A stretch of DNA of 64,000 nt from positions 818,965 to 882,964 of the forward strand of contig WELB01000010.1 of NCBI GenBank assembly GCA_009602725.1, written 5' to 3'. The notes beneath the pieces are model-generated. The model worked only from the letters and a program-made list of their open reading frames with translations. It did no database searches and had not been told where the DNA came from. The position numbers were made by a program, and so were the translations under genes. This DNA comes from Spirogloea muscicola. Its lineage: Eukaryota. Of this stretch, positions 40,400 to 51,859 are shown in pieces (within the stretch, counting starts at the first letter, position 1; the number at the start of each line of letters is the position of its first letter).

Positions 40400-41470
40400 A
40401 ACGAAATAGCTCTTGATGACTTAGGCCATGGCTGTGAGGCGATGGCTGTGAGAGAAGCAGCTTCTCAAGAACGGGCGAAAGGCCGCCCTTCGCTCGCTCC
40501 GTAGCTGTGAGAGGCAATCTCAATTGCCATGAACATGGTCCGAACGAAGAAAGTGCTCGCCCATAGAGAAATAAGGCTGGCAAAGCCAGCCCAAAAAGAA
40601 TGGACAATGTCCAAAAGCCAAAGAGAGAAGTGCGCGCCCATAGAGAAGAGGGGCTGGCAAAGAGGTGCCGAAAAAGGACTACACTACAAAACACGAGACG
40701 ATGCAGAGGGAAGCTCAGTACCCGCCGAAAGGGCCACCAACGAGAGAGCGTTTGACGACTCCCTCTGAATCCGAACCCAGTCGGGAGACCGGCTGTGCTT
40801 TACACTAAAGGGATCACTTCTCCCTCCATCATTTGGCCCCATCAAACCTTTATCAAGTCTTTTTCGGGCTGGCTTTTCACAGCCCTTGCCCCATTGGGAG
40901 TGCCACTTCTACGCCGTGGCCGACAGCTCTGTGTGACTGTTCGGCTCCGCCACTGGCGCTGCGCACCGAGCACCGGTCACCGCCAGCTTACGTCACCCTC
41001 GAAACGGGCCAGTTGAGCCAAGAAATGTGCGCGCACCAGCCGAAGGCAACAGCCGACAAGGCAGCTGTCGGATGGTGCAATGGCACCGAGACAAAGGCGC
41101 GCCGTGCGCATGAAAATGCAAGTGAGGCCAAACTTCGAGCCTTACAGAAGTCCTGGTAACGGAGCGCCGCCGTCAGGCGGCGACTCCACCTTCGTGGGCA
41201 GCAGCTGTCCCCATGGGAAGCTGCCACGGACTCCCCGCAGCAGGCCCGCGGCGGCGGCTGCGGCGGCAGTCGGCAGCAGGGCTGCGCCCTTTTTGAGCTT
41301 CACCGGTCCAAACTTCCGTCTCCGGATCTCGGCGACCACTACGTGTTGACTTGAGGTTACTGAGCGGGTCAGCAATAGCAGCGGGTGATGTTTATCTGTC
41401 AATGAGCTTGCCGTTATACTTGCCCGCTCAGGCCCTCCATCACAATACACACTCCATTTTTCCATGAGGG
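40400..41470. mobile_element. Retroelement 3' fragments upstream of pyruvate kinase
   Basis: 40545-40725 matches 46470-46625. Hairpin at 40866-40885. GGTTACTGAGCGGGTCAGC at 41355. Confidence 0.7.
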
Positions 41471-43099
41471 CCGGGGTGCGAAGAGACCGGGAGCCCAGGA
41501 AGAGTGGGAGAATCTCCAGCGAGGGTGGTTACTTCTTCACACACGCTCGGACTACTTTTGCACAAGTTGCTGACTCAGCAATCTCGGCCCCAACCCATTC
41601 CCTTCACCTGGATTTTGGCGTGTGGGTTTGATTTGCTCGTTCTCCTAACAAATACAGTGTGCATCAGGTTGTATATGTAGATTAGTGCTCAGGGGTTCAC
41701 AACTTCTGCCCGTCCAGCAGGCAAGCGATTCAGCATAACGAGCGATCAGCAGGCTCGGGCTTTCCCTCGGAACTCCCCTGTCCTGCCCCTGGACCTGTCG
41801 CACATGACATGGTTCAGCTGTCAGCAAGTGCCTTGCATTTGCCAAGCACTAACGTCATCATGTGCGTGCTTGCATAGACAGGGACAGGACAAGAGTGTGT
41901 CAGTAACCAGTGCCAAGGCGGTGTGCATCTGCATCCTTCCCAAGAGGGGCGGTATGGAGATAAGGCTTCCTCTCCGTGGAGCAGTGCAGTTGTGAGAGCG
42001 CTTGAAACCTTTGGCAGAGCGGGCAAATGACAGACTCCGCATGACCAGAATGGCCAAACGACGACATCTTGGGTATGGCATGTTTGGCATCTTCCTCGTG
42101 GCGGGCCACCACACTGCCCTTGAGATGACGTCCACCCTTGAGATGACGTTCATCATGCTCATGCAGAATCAGGACACCGGACAATCAGGACCCCAGATAA
42201 TGTGCATCGACCTGGTAACCATCATGCTTGTCGAAGCTTGCGCACCATGGTTGATTCTGGTAACAATGATGCTTCTCACCGCGGCAACCTGGTCGCAACG
42301 GCCATGTAGGCGGGGCACGCGGTCGCCAAGAGTACACGGGGCAAGGAACTCAGTGCGCAGGAGAGGACTATGTTTAAGTGACCATATACAACCACTGGGC
42401 AATTCATATGGTGACTTGACTTCCTCCAGCAGCTTGCATGACAAGCAATGGCCCGATGGCAGGGCAGCAGGGTGAGCAGCCGGTCTTTACTGCCACGGGC
42501 TTGCTAGCTCTGGTGTAAGGCATGCGCCATTCCTCTTCACTGCAGCAAGCACAGGCTTTCGCAGTGCATTTGCGTTGCCCGTGCCTGCGCCTTAGAACAT
42601 AAGCGGGGCGACTCCTTCCTGCTGCTAGACGTCTGAAAGTATGAACTAGAGCTTACTTCATAGCTCGCAGGACTAGCCCACTAAGCGCGTGGCGCTTTCA
42701 TGTTGAAGTTTCCCCCTTGATACTTGTTAAGAGCTGCCCTGCCACAGCCACTACCTCGTCTCTAACATTGTTCGTTCTAGTTTGGGTTGGCCTTCCTGAA
42801 GAGCCTCTTTGCTGTCACCCGCTGATGTTTCTAGCCTTACCTTGGGCTGGCTTATCTCGGCCACTGCCCCTACGAGGGCCACTACCTCGACTCATGTGGC
42901 GTCCCAGTCCGGAGGCCCCCTAGAGGGCAAGCATGGATGCAACCACTGCTCTTCTGGTCTCGCTTGGGCTGGCCGTTCACTCCAGCTGCTGCAGGGAGCC
43001 ACATCCATCTTCTCAGAGCACCCAGTCCGCTCGCACTGGCGAGCCGACCCTTACATGTCGCTTTTTTGTTAATATTGTTGTTGTGAAAATTTTCTGCAA

Positions 43100-44400
43100 C
43101 GACACTGCCTTATCTAAATGACAAGGCAGTGGCTGTGAAAGGCAGCCCAAATAGGTTGAATGAGGCTTTAAGGCGCCGGATGGCGCCAATAATCACACAG
43201 CGATGCAAGAGCTTACAGCGAATGGGAGCTTGTCTTATCTCTTCGGGCTGGCTTTCACAGCACCCTCTGGAAGAGCTAACTTCTTGCGCAGCCCTCCGCC
43301 CCCGTGAAAGTGAGCTCCCCTGTTGGAAGAGCGTACATTTTTCAATGCAAAGAAGACGAACGAGCGTCTCCTCTGAACGCTCCGGCGCATGCTAACCCCG
43401 CGCAAGCCACGATCACGCACGGGGAAAGGCTGGTGGCCTGGTAGAAATTTGCTGCTCAACAGGGATACGGAGCACCATTGGCCAGTCGAGTCGCAGTAAG
43501 CTTCAGCGCTTTTCTGGCCTCTCAAAACTTCATTCATCCATTTTTGGGGCTGGCCAATCACAGCCAGTGCCTCTACTGGAAGAACCTTCCTCTCCTTTGA
43601 GAAGAAAAGACGCTTCCAGGAGAAGGTGGTGGCTGTGAGAGGCCAGCCCATAGTAAAAAGGATATTTCCCAATTGACGTAGCTCTTCGGAAGGGGGAGAG
43701 AGAAGGCGCGAGGTGCGTATGAAATGAGAAGTGAGGCAAAATCAAGCAAAAGCTAGCCCAGAAGTCGGGGCTACATGAAAGAAAGGGGGGACGAGGGCTG
43801 TGGAAGGAGAAATGAAAGGGCAGCCCGACTGGAGTGACAGGGATTGTTGTCATTCCAGTGACAAGGTTCGGTCGTCCAAGTCGCCCGCCGCCAGCTTCCC
43901 CTGTTCGCGACCAAATTTGGGGTGGATCCCCTGAGGGATGGACAAGGTCTCAAGGGCCGAGTGGCGCAACAAGCAGGATACTAGTCTCGAAGACGTCAGC
44001 AAGTGGGCTCTCAATAGCCTCTAGTCAATACGTGCAAGCCAGAATATCTAGAGAGAGAAGAAGAGGGCGGGAATGCGTCGCCCTAACGGAACCCGGAGGC
44101 AGCAGCCAAGGCGCGGCTTGCACGCAAGTGGACCGCAAAGCCCAGGGATCTCTGCAGGGAGATTACCAGGCGCATCCTACACTTGCGACCCGGCGGCATC
44201 GAAGCCGGGCTGCTCGCTCTGCTGTCCCTGGCGGCGGGACACTGCACGCCGCGCAAGGCGCTGGAGGTCGAGCCGCCGAGTCCGAGAGCCACCGCCGGCC
44301 CCAGTCAAGTCGTCCCTCCGACCGAGAGCAAAAGTAGAGAAAGACGCTTCCAAGAGAGGGCGGTGGCTGGGAGAGGAGCAAAAGCTCTTAGTAAGGGCAA
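43100..44400. mobile_element. Cluster of CRE-like 3' fragments, mostly on the minus strand
   Basis: The minus strand at 44083-44200 encodes RMRLVISLQRSLGFAVHLRASRALAAASGFR. Multiple hairpins and GGAAGCGTCTT termini. Confidence 0.7.
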
Positions 44401-44414
44401 TGGGCTGTTATACC

Positions 44415-46420
44415 TTTTCATTGCAATGTTCGGCATCTTCCAGGAGGCCGGATACACGGTGGCAATGGAGAATACGTCGGTCATGCCCATCCTCCAAAGG
44501 GCCGACGGACTCCACAGGCGTCGCGTCGACCTAGTGGCGTCCACGCCGGGCGGCGGCGCACATCATCGCTGATGGGGTCACCACTGATGTGGTCGACCGC
44601 TCCAACCCGGGGCTCTCTGCCTCGCGGGCTGGCCACGCTGTGGCGAAGGCCGCTCGCAGCACGGCGGCCAAACACGCCGACCACCCGGCTGCTGATGAGT
44701 TCGTACCCCTGGCCGTGGACGTGCACGGGGCTCTCGGGTCCCAGTGGCTCGTCCTGCTGGCCAGGCTTGCGCGGCGCGCTGTGTCCCGCAGGCGCGGTGA
44801 GCCGGCTGACTTCAACGCCGCTGGCTCGTGGGCTCAGATATCTCGTATGCGGTGGCCCGTCTCCCTTCAGCGGTCCATGGCCCACGCCTTGCATCTGCGT
44901 GCTGGCCGTGCTCTCGCTGCGGCCTCCGGCTTTTGTCAGGGGGTAAAGTTTTCCGGCGTCCCCCCAGGGCGCACCTGCCTTTGTGACGGAGCAGCTGCAG
45001 GCGCGGCTGCAGGAGCACCTCCGGCCGGCGGACCGTCTTCACACGCTGCAAGACATGCAGCTGGCACTGGCGACCGCGATGCTGACACGCTGCATCGCGC
45101 AGCGGCCACACTATCTAGCCCGCACCATGATTGTACACCCTCAATAGTTCCACAAGATAGACCAATCAACATATATCCTACAAGGCCAATGGTCCCTCCC
45201 TCATCGGCGGTCAAGGCAGCGTATGCGGCTTTTGACTCCGGCACCCTCGCGTCCGCGGCCACCCTCGTGCAGCACCCTGCGTTCCTCACCTCACGAGCTG
45301 CGCTGCTGCAGGCTAGCCTGCCGACCAGCCGCGGCGGCTTGGATGCCGCTCAGTTGCCCGCGCCTGCGAGGCGCCCCACGTGGGTAGCTGGGCTCAGGTG
45401 GCAGCCCCCCATGTGCCAGAGGTTCCTCGTCCAAGGCCAGCGCGCCCTGGAGCGGGCGGCAGCTGAAGTGGAGATCGGCCAGCTGCCCTTTCAGGTTGCC
45501 CTCCGCTCTGCCCGTCGACGGGCTCCTGGCGGTCCACCCCAACATGTCGCAGCAGGCCGTCCCTTTCATTCACCTCGCCCTCACCCCTGAGAAGCGTGCC
45601 CAGGCACGCTTCTCGGCGCTGAAAGAGCGGCCTCTGACTAGATTGTGGAGCTCTCCCTCCGTCTCACCTTCGAGGGCGCCCCGGCTTCTCTCAGCCTCCT
45701 CCCCTGGGGCGGCGGCGTGGTTATCAGCGCTCCCACTCCACGCGGCGCTCACCATGCCCGATGAGGTCTTCAGGACGGCGGTCCACCGGCTCTCGGGCCT
45801 CCTCCCTCCCTGCCTCGTGGGCGTCACTCAGTGCGAGTGCGGTGCCCGTCACGCTGAATCTGCGGAGCTGGCTGCGCATATGCTCCGTTGCGCACACTGG
45901 GGCGAGCGGACCGCTTCCCACGATCTCCTGCGAGATGGTATGCAGGGGGTGTTTACGGAGGCTGGCTTCAAGGTGGCTGTGGAGAACTCCTCAATAATGC
46001 CCATCCAGCTGGGCGCGGACGGCCAGCCCCATACACGACGCTGATGTTGCTCACTCGTGGGTACTGAGCTTCCCTCTGCATCGTCTGTATTTTGCAGTGT
46101 TTAGTAGTGTGGTCCTTTTTCCGGCTCCTCTTTCTTTGAACATTGTCCATTCTTTTTTGAGCTGGCTTTGCCAGTCCCTCTTCTCTATGGGCGACCACTT
46201 TCTTCTTTCCGGCAGCTAGTCTGTCGGACTTGAGGCTCCTCACTGGTAAGTACTGAGTGGTCCATCCTCCCCCGTTCTGACATCGCATCTTCAGGCCCCT
46301 TTGTAGCTGCTTAGTGCTTTTTAGGCCCCTCCATCATTTGGCCCCTTCGCACCATTGTCAATTCTTTTTCGGGCTGGCTTTTCAAAGCCCTTGCCCTCCT
46401 TGGGAGTGCCACTTCTTTAC
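44415..46420 (+). mobile_element. Stacked decayed CRE-like fragments (RLE fragment 44415-44960; thumb/CCHC fragment ~44990-46040; 3' ends 46041-46420)
   Basis: RRVDLVASTPGGG, FVPLAVDVHG, SLQRSMAHALHLRAGRAL, LLQASLPTSRGGL, SASSPGAAAWLSALP and CECG..AAHMLRCAHWGERTASHDLLRD. 45009-45065 is near-identical to the reverse complement of 60405-60462. Confidence 0.85.
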
Positions 46421-46464
46421 ATTTGCAAATAGCCATTGCCTTCCACCGTAAGAGCGGTCTCCTG

Positions 46465-47550
46465 TGAGAAGAAGTGCGCGCCCATAGAGAAGAGGGGCTG
46501 GCAAAGCCAGCTCAAAAAAGAATGGACAATATCCAAAGCCAAAGAAAGAGGAGCCGGAAAAAGGACTACACTACAAAACACTGCAGAAGACATAGACGAT
46601 GCAGAGGGAAGCTCAGTACCCAGTACGAGTGAGCAACATCAGGTCTGAGTAGCTCGCTGCAGGGAAAGAGGCACTCCGCCGAGACCCAGAGGCGGCGGCC
46701 ATAGCACGGCCTGCTCGCGTGTGGACGGCGTGGGCAAGGGAGCGTTGAAGCGATACGGCGAGGCGCATGCGGAAGACTTGTGCGAGCGAACCAGCGGCGT
46801 TGAAGCCGGGCATCGCCCAAAGCCCCGTGTACATCCATCGCCAGGGCCGCGAATTCATCCCCCACCGGGTGATTAGCATATTTTCGCTCCTTGCCCCGGG
46901 CCGCCTGGCCGACCGCGTGCCCTGCAAACGACGCCGACCTGGTGGGATTGGCGGAGTCGATGCAGTCAGTTGTCACCACATCAGCGATGATGCGGGGACC
47001 GCCGCCGGGCGGGATGGCGACCAGGTCGGCGCGTCGCGTATGGGGCTGGCCGTCCGCGCCCAGCTGGATGGGCATTATGGAGTTCTCCACCGCGACCTTA
47101 AAGCCAGCCTCCGAAAACACCCCCTGTGAGAGGCCAGCCCAACCGAAGTAAAGCTCTCCGAATCCGGAGCAAAAGATAGATGGGCTGTGGAAAGCCTGCC
47201 CCAAAAGAAGAAGTGGCTCTCCCAATGGGGGCAAGGGCTGTGAAAAGCCAGCCCGAAAAGAATTGACAAAGGTTCGAAGGGGCCGAATGACGGAGGGGGC
47301 TAAAAGAAGAAAGGGCTCGCCCATTGAGGATAGGGGCTGGAAAAGCCAGCCCAGAAAAGAATGAACAAAGTACGAGAAGGGGGCCAGGGGAAGCGCTAAG
47401 GAAAGCGCTATGGTAGAAGGGGTGGAGGGTGGACCACTCAGTAGCGACGAGTGAGGAGCCCCAAATTCGACAGACTAGCTGCCGGAAAAGAATCCCCCTG
47501 GCGAAAGCCAGAGGCTGCAGCGAGAGCCCGGCCAGCACGCAGATGCAACA
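46465..47550 (-). mobile_element. CRE-like RLE fragment (46465-47125) preceded by stacked short 3' ends (47125-47550)
   Basis: RRADLVAIPPGGGPRIIADV..KERKYANH..FAALAMDVHG, SDLMLLTRTGY* and SNLGLLTRRY*. Confidence 0.85.
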
Positions 47551-48047
47551 AAGGGAAACGAACAAGGGATGTGCAACCGAGAACCCGGAAGGGGCTCAAA
47601 TGGGCAGCCGCGGCCCCAGGAGATGCGAGAGGCAGGGCGTCAAATGCCGTCCCGGGGCAGGGTGCCGGGGGGGGGGGAACCTCGTACCCGGGGCGGTGGC
47701 GGGTCGCCTCGCCCTGGCGCGGCGGCGGGTGGGGCGGCAGAACTCGCCACGTGGCAGCTCCGGGTGGAGCGAGGCAGGCGGTTCTTCGTACCGGGGGGGG
47801 GTTGGGGGGGCCCCCGACGAATGCTCGTGATTCGCCCGACGCCCCCGACGCCAGGCAGGGCCGCCTTTCCGATGATTGTTCGTGATCCCGGCGCCGACCG
47901 GGCGGCAGTCGTCGGCCGGGCCGGGGGTCCGCCCCCCCGGACAAACGTTCGTGATCCGCCCGACGGCCCCGACGAGAAGGCCCGCCGGCCCGAGCTGGTG
48001 GCAGCAGTCCCCCTCGGCCCCCCCCCGCCGCCGCCGCCGCCGCCGCN

Positions 48048-49680
48048 TCGCGCACAGCGCCGAGTCCGACGGCGGCGGCGGCGACGGCGGCGGCGACTCG
48101 CACGACCTCCAGCGCACCAGCCTGGTGGTGGCCAAGGTGGCCAGCCTCGTCATAGTGTTCGCCGCCACGTTCCTGGCCGGCGTCGCGCCCTACTTCTTCC
48201 GCCTCAACCACCACGTCCTGGTGCTGGGCACCCAGTTCGCCGGCGGCGTCTTCCTCGCCACTGCGCTCATCCACTACCTCCCCGACTCCTCCGAGACTTT
48301 CGAGGACCACGGCGCCGACGGCTACCCCTACGCCTTCATGCTCGCCGTCGTCGGCTACGCGCTCACCGGCCTCGCCGACGTGCTCATCCAGGCCGTGTAC
48401 AGCCGCATGCAAGCGCGCGGCCAGGACCCCGACGCCGCGTACGACGCCCCGCCGTCCAAGCTACCCGCCGTCGTCGACGGTGAGCTGCAGCTGCCCCATG
48501 GTGGTGCTCCGCCACTGCTCCCACGTGCGCACATTGCCCCTCGGCTCGCGTCGCCCAACAGGCGCTTGCCTGATGGTATTGGGCGCCAGCTTCGTAGCGA
48601 TGGCTATGCCCCTCTTGCAACTCTTGGTTGTGCATTGTTTGTGCATGCACTGACTTAAGCGGGCTTTTGAGTTCTGCAGCTGAGTCTGCGATGCCAGCCG
48701 CCACCCAACCGAAATTGAGCTCCTGCGGCGAGAATTGCATGTGCGAGAGCACCGAGCCGACTCTCTGCAAGGTACCGCCTTGCGTTGCTCTTGGTGTCAG
48801 TAAGCCCCACTTTCAGCATTTGTGGGTGGACGGCTGTGCGTGTTGCATGACAATATTGCTGTTACTCCGCCTGCAGTGCTCGACCGAGTTCCCCGTGGCC
48901 AAGGAGGGCAAGCTCCTTATCCAGGCGTCCGACCACAAGACATCGGTCAGCGACGCCATCCTCCTCATGGCCGCCCTCTGCAGCCACTCCATCTTCGAGG
49001 GCCTCGCGATTGGCGTAGCAGGTTGGTCAGCCGCGCCCAAGCCTTGCAGGCTTCCGTCATTACTGTCAGCCAGATTACTTCGTCATTCTCCCCTCCAAGA
49101 GCTACTGCATATTGCAGTCGTGGCTCTCTTGAGCTGTTGCTGTTGAGCAGTGCGTGACTTCAGCCAGCACCTTGGCTGCCTCACCTTGACTACAGTCAGG
49201 ACTAGCAGATGCTCGTGTCACCCATGCCTTGCCTACTCTAAATAGAGTACTCTGCGCTGACATCCTTGGGTCACCTGTGGCGCAGAGACGGTGCGACACA
49301 CATACTATGTGCTGTTCACAGTGTCCCTGCACAAGGTTTTTGCGGCTATGGCCATGGGCATTTCCCTCTTGCGCATCATCCCTGACAGGCCGCTCATCTC
49401 CTGCTGCCTCTACGCATTCATGTTTGCCATCTCCAGTCCGATTGGCGTCGCCATTGGAATCATCATCGATGCGACGACGCAGGGCTCCACAGCAGACTGG
49501 GTGTATGCCATCAGCATGGGCCTGGCCACTGGCGTGTTCATCTTTGTCGCTATCAACCACCTGCTGGTCAAGGGCTACAAGCCGCCGTGCAAGATCCGGT
49601 CGGACAGCCCCTTCTTCAAGTGGCTGGCCTTTGCACTCGGCTGCACGCTTATTGCAGTGGTGATGAAGTGGGATTCATGA
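48048..49680 (+). CDS. ZIP-family metal transporter, ZIP2/ZIP11-like (exons ~48048-48479, ~48679-48771, 48876-49021, ~49286-49680; start unresolved at the GCC tract/N at 48047)
   Basis: [65 protein letters not shown] and [14 protein letters not shown]. Confidence 0.92.
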
Positions 49681-50025
49681 TCTCCTCCCAGTACAAGCTG
49701 TTCAAAAGCAAGAGGGGTGGTGTACACTAGGCTGCCAGTGCAAGCAGCCTTTTACTGCACTAAGCAGCCGTGATCAGTTAATTTCTAGTCATTTTTTGAG
49801 TAACCCTTGAAGCACCAAACCCAATCCAGGCTTGCCTCTACATAATGCAGCGCTAGCCAGGGGTGACAGCATGATTGGCTCTCAGCAATTTTGACAATCA
49901 AGGACCTCTTGACAGGAGTCAAACCATTGACACTAGACAGGAACAGATGTATTGGCACATCATACATGTTCTTGGCAGGGCTGCCCTGAATCACGTAAAA
50001 AGAAAGTTGATAGCCTCTAGAAGTT

Positions 50026-51715
50026 TCACTTGGACTTGCTTTCATCGTCCTCATAGCTCTTGAGCAAGTCATCTACGTCCGCCTTGAATGTAGACTCTAC
50101 AAGGATACCATCGCTCGTGAACCTGCAATATCACATGGCTATAAGATTGGGTTACTAATAGGCTACTTCAATGACACCAGTAAGCTGTTGCTATACTTGC
50201 AGAAGCGCAGTCTGCTGTTGCATGCTGCATAATGCAGTGCAACTGCTGTCGTGCTGCAGTGACAATATGTGCTGCAATCTGTGCTTGTGGTCCTTCAAGG
50301 TGAGTGCATGCTTCACTTGCAGGAGAAAGAACTTGCAGCCAAGGTGCCCAAAGCTTCCCAGTGTGAGGAGATGGTACAGGAGAGTACCAAGTGGTCACAC
50401 TCTTGGTGAACTCCACAGGAGGGTGGGCTCCCAGGGACTTAGGGTCCGCACTGGCAATTCGCAGAGTGTACAGGTCCGAGAAGCGCGGGAGCTTTGATGA
50501 CACTGCCACTCCAGTTGACGTGATAGAGCCCTGCGTGCAAGGAGAGAAGGACAACAATTTTCAGCAGAGCTCGTACCAATATGGCGGGCTCGTCGCTTTG
50601 GCCGCAAGGGCACTCACGTCGCTCACCTTGGGGGGATGGCTGAATAGGATGTGATTCCTCTCCTTCAGAATAGCTAGGAGCTGGAGCACAATGTTCAGGA
50701 GCACGTAGGTGCTGCTGGTGCAGTCAAGGCAGCTCTGCTTGCAACACAACTGCGAATTTGAGCTGCAAAGCCCGAGCAGACTGAGAAAGGCCAGGGAGAG
50801 CAGCTGCAGCGTGACTCCGACTTGCTACCAATGCAGTTTTACTGCGGAAGCACGGGCTGATGTTCTGCTGATGCAAAGTCACATTAGGCCCCAACAATCT
50901 GAGAGGCCTGGGTGAGGAGAGGAGCGGACGCTGCGAGGGGTTTCAAAATGAATTGGCTGATAGTCCATCATGCGGAAATGGGTCACGAGATAGAGCAGCA
51001 TGAGGCCCCAAGAAAGGCTCTGGATCTAGGAGGCTCAGGACGTGATCCTCAGACCTCGGGTCCGAGCAGTCGTACTTCAAGCGTGCAGATCATGGACGCC
51101 AGTCCAGCATGAATTCATCAACTTAGGGTCTAGGGTTTAGGTTTAAAGGTTTTAGGGTTTAGGTTTAGCCATCAGGGTGGATCTGCGCGGAGGAGGATAT
51201 AGGGAGACGCAGGCGATGAGGACGGGCCGGTTGTCGGGGAATTTGACGGGGTAGAGCTGCGCGGCGAGGGGCATGGCGCAGGCGAGCAGGCCCAGGCCCA
51301 GCTTCACGTTGCTCATCATGTTGTCCTCCTCATAGCCCCGCCCCACCACCACCTGCGCCGGCGCCGGGAGCTGCTGGCTGAGGCCAGGCCGGGCGGCGCA
51401 GCGCACTTGGACGGGCAGAGCGGCTTATGACTGGCCCCGCCGCGCCCAGCTGGCCTTTACAGCCGTTACTTAACATCAGCAGCCGCCATCTTCACTGGGC
51501 CAGCAGCAGCTGAAGCAAGTCTTGGGGGCACCTAGGGAACGAGGAGCAAAGCGGTGAGGCGGAGCGTCAGGGACCTCGGAGGCGACGTCGTCCAGGTGGC
51601 GCTTGACGGCGTAGGGGTCGCTGAGTGCCACGCCCTTAGGCTTGGCCGCCGCCGGGTCGCCGGCCCCGCCGCTGCCGCCACCGCCGAGCCACCGGGGCAG
51701 CCAGCTCGGCAGCAT
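50026..51715 (-). CDS. SPCS2: Signal peptidase complex subunit 2 (SPC25), 5 exons, one AT-AC intron
   Basis: DPYAVKRHLDDVASE, GYEEDNMMSNVKL, YPVKFPDNRPVLIACVSLYVLLN, SSKLPRFSDLYTL and KSVTTWFTSDGIL. Confidence 0.9.
50709..51200 (-). other. U12-type AT-AC intron in SPCS2
   Basis: Donor /ATATCCTC, branch CCTTGAC, acceptor ..GCAC/. Splicing restores CT|C TAC (L-Y) in frame. Confidence 0.85.
51123..51168 (+). repeat. Degenerate plant telomere-like (TTTAGGG) tract
   Basis: cttagggtctagggtttaggtttaaaggttttagggtttaggtttag. Confidence 0.7.
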
Positions 51716-51859
51716 GACCGCCGTCCCGCAGGCCGTCGGGCGGGGCAGCGGCCGCCGCGGCCGCTGCGGGGCCCGCCGGTGAAGCCGGTTCTTGCGACGG
51801 CAGCTCAACTGGCCGTAGTTAGCGATCTCCGGTTGAGGCCGGAAGGTCGTGAACACGCT

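Noticed and set aside
40866..40885. Recurrent palindromic GGCTGGC...CAGCC repeats as a CRISPR-like array
   Set aside because: They are irregularly spaced, on both strands and embedded in retroelement 3'UTRs. There are no cas genes and the context is eukaryotic.
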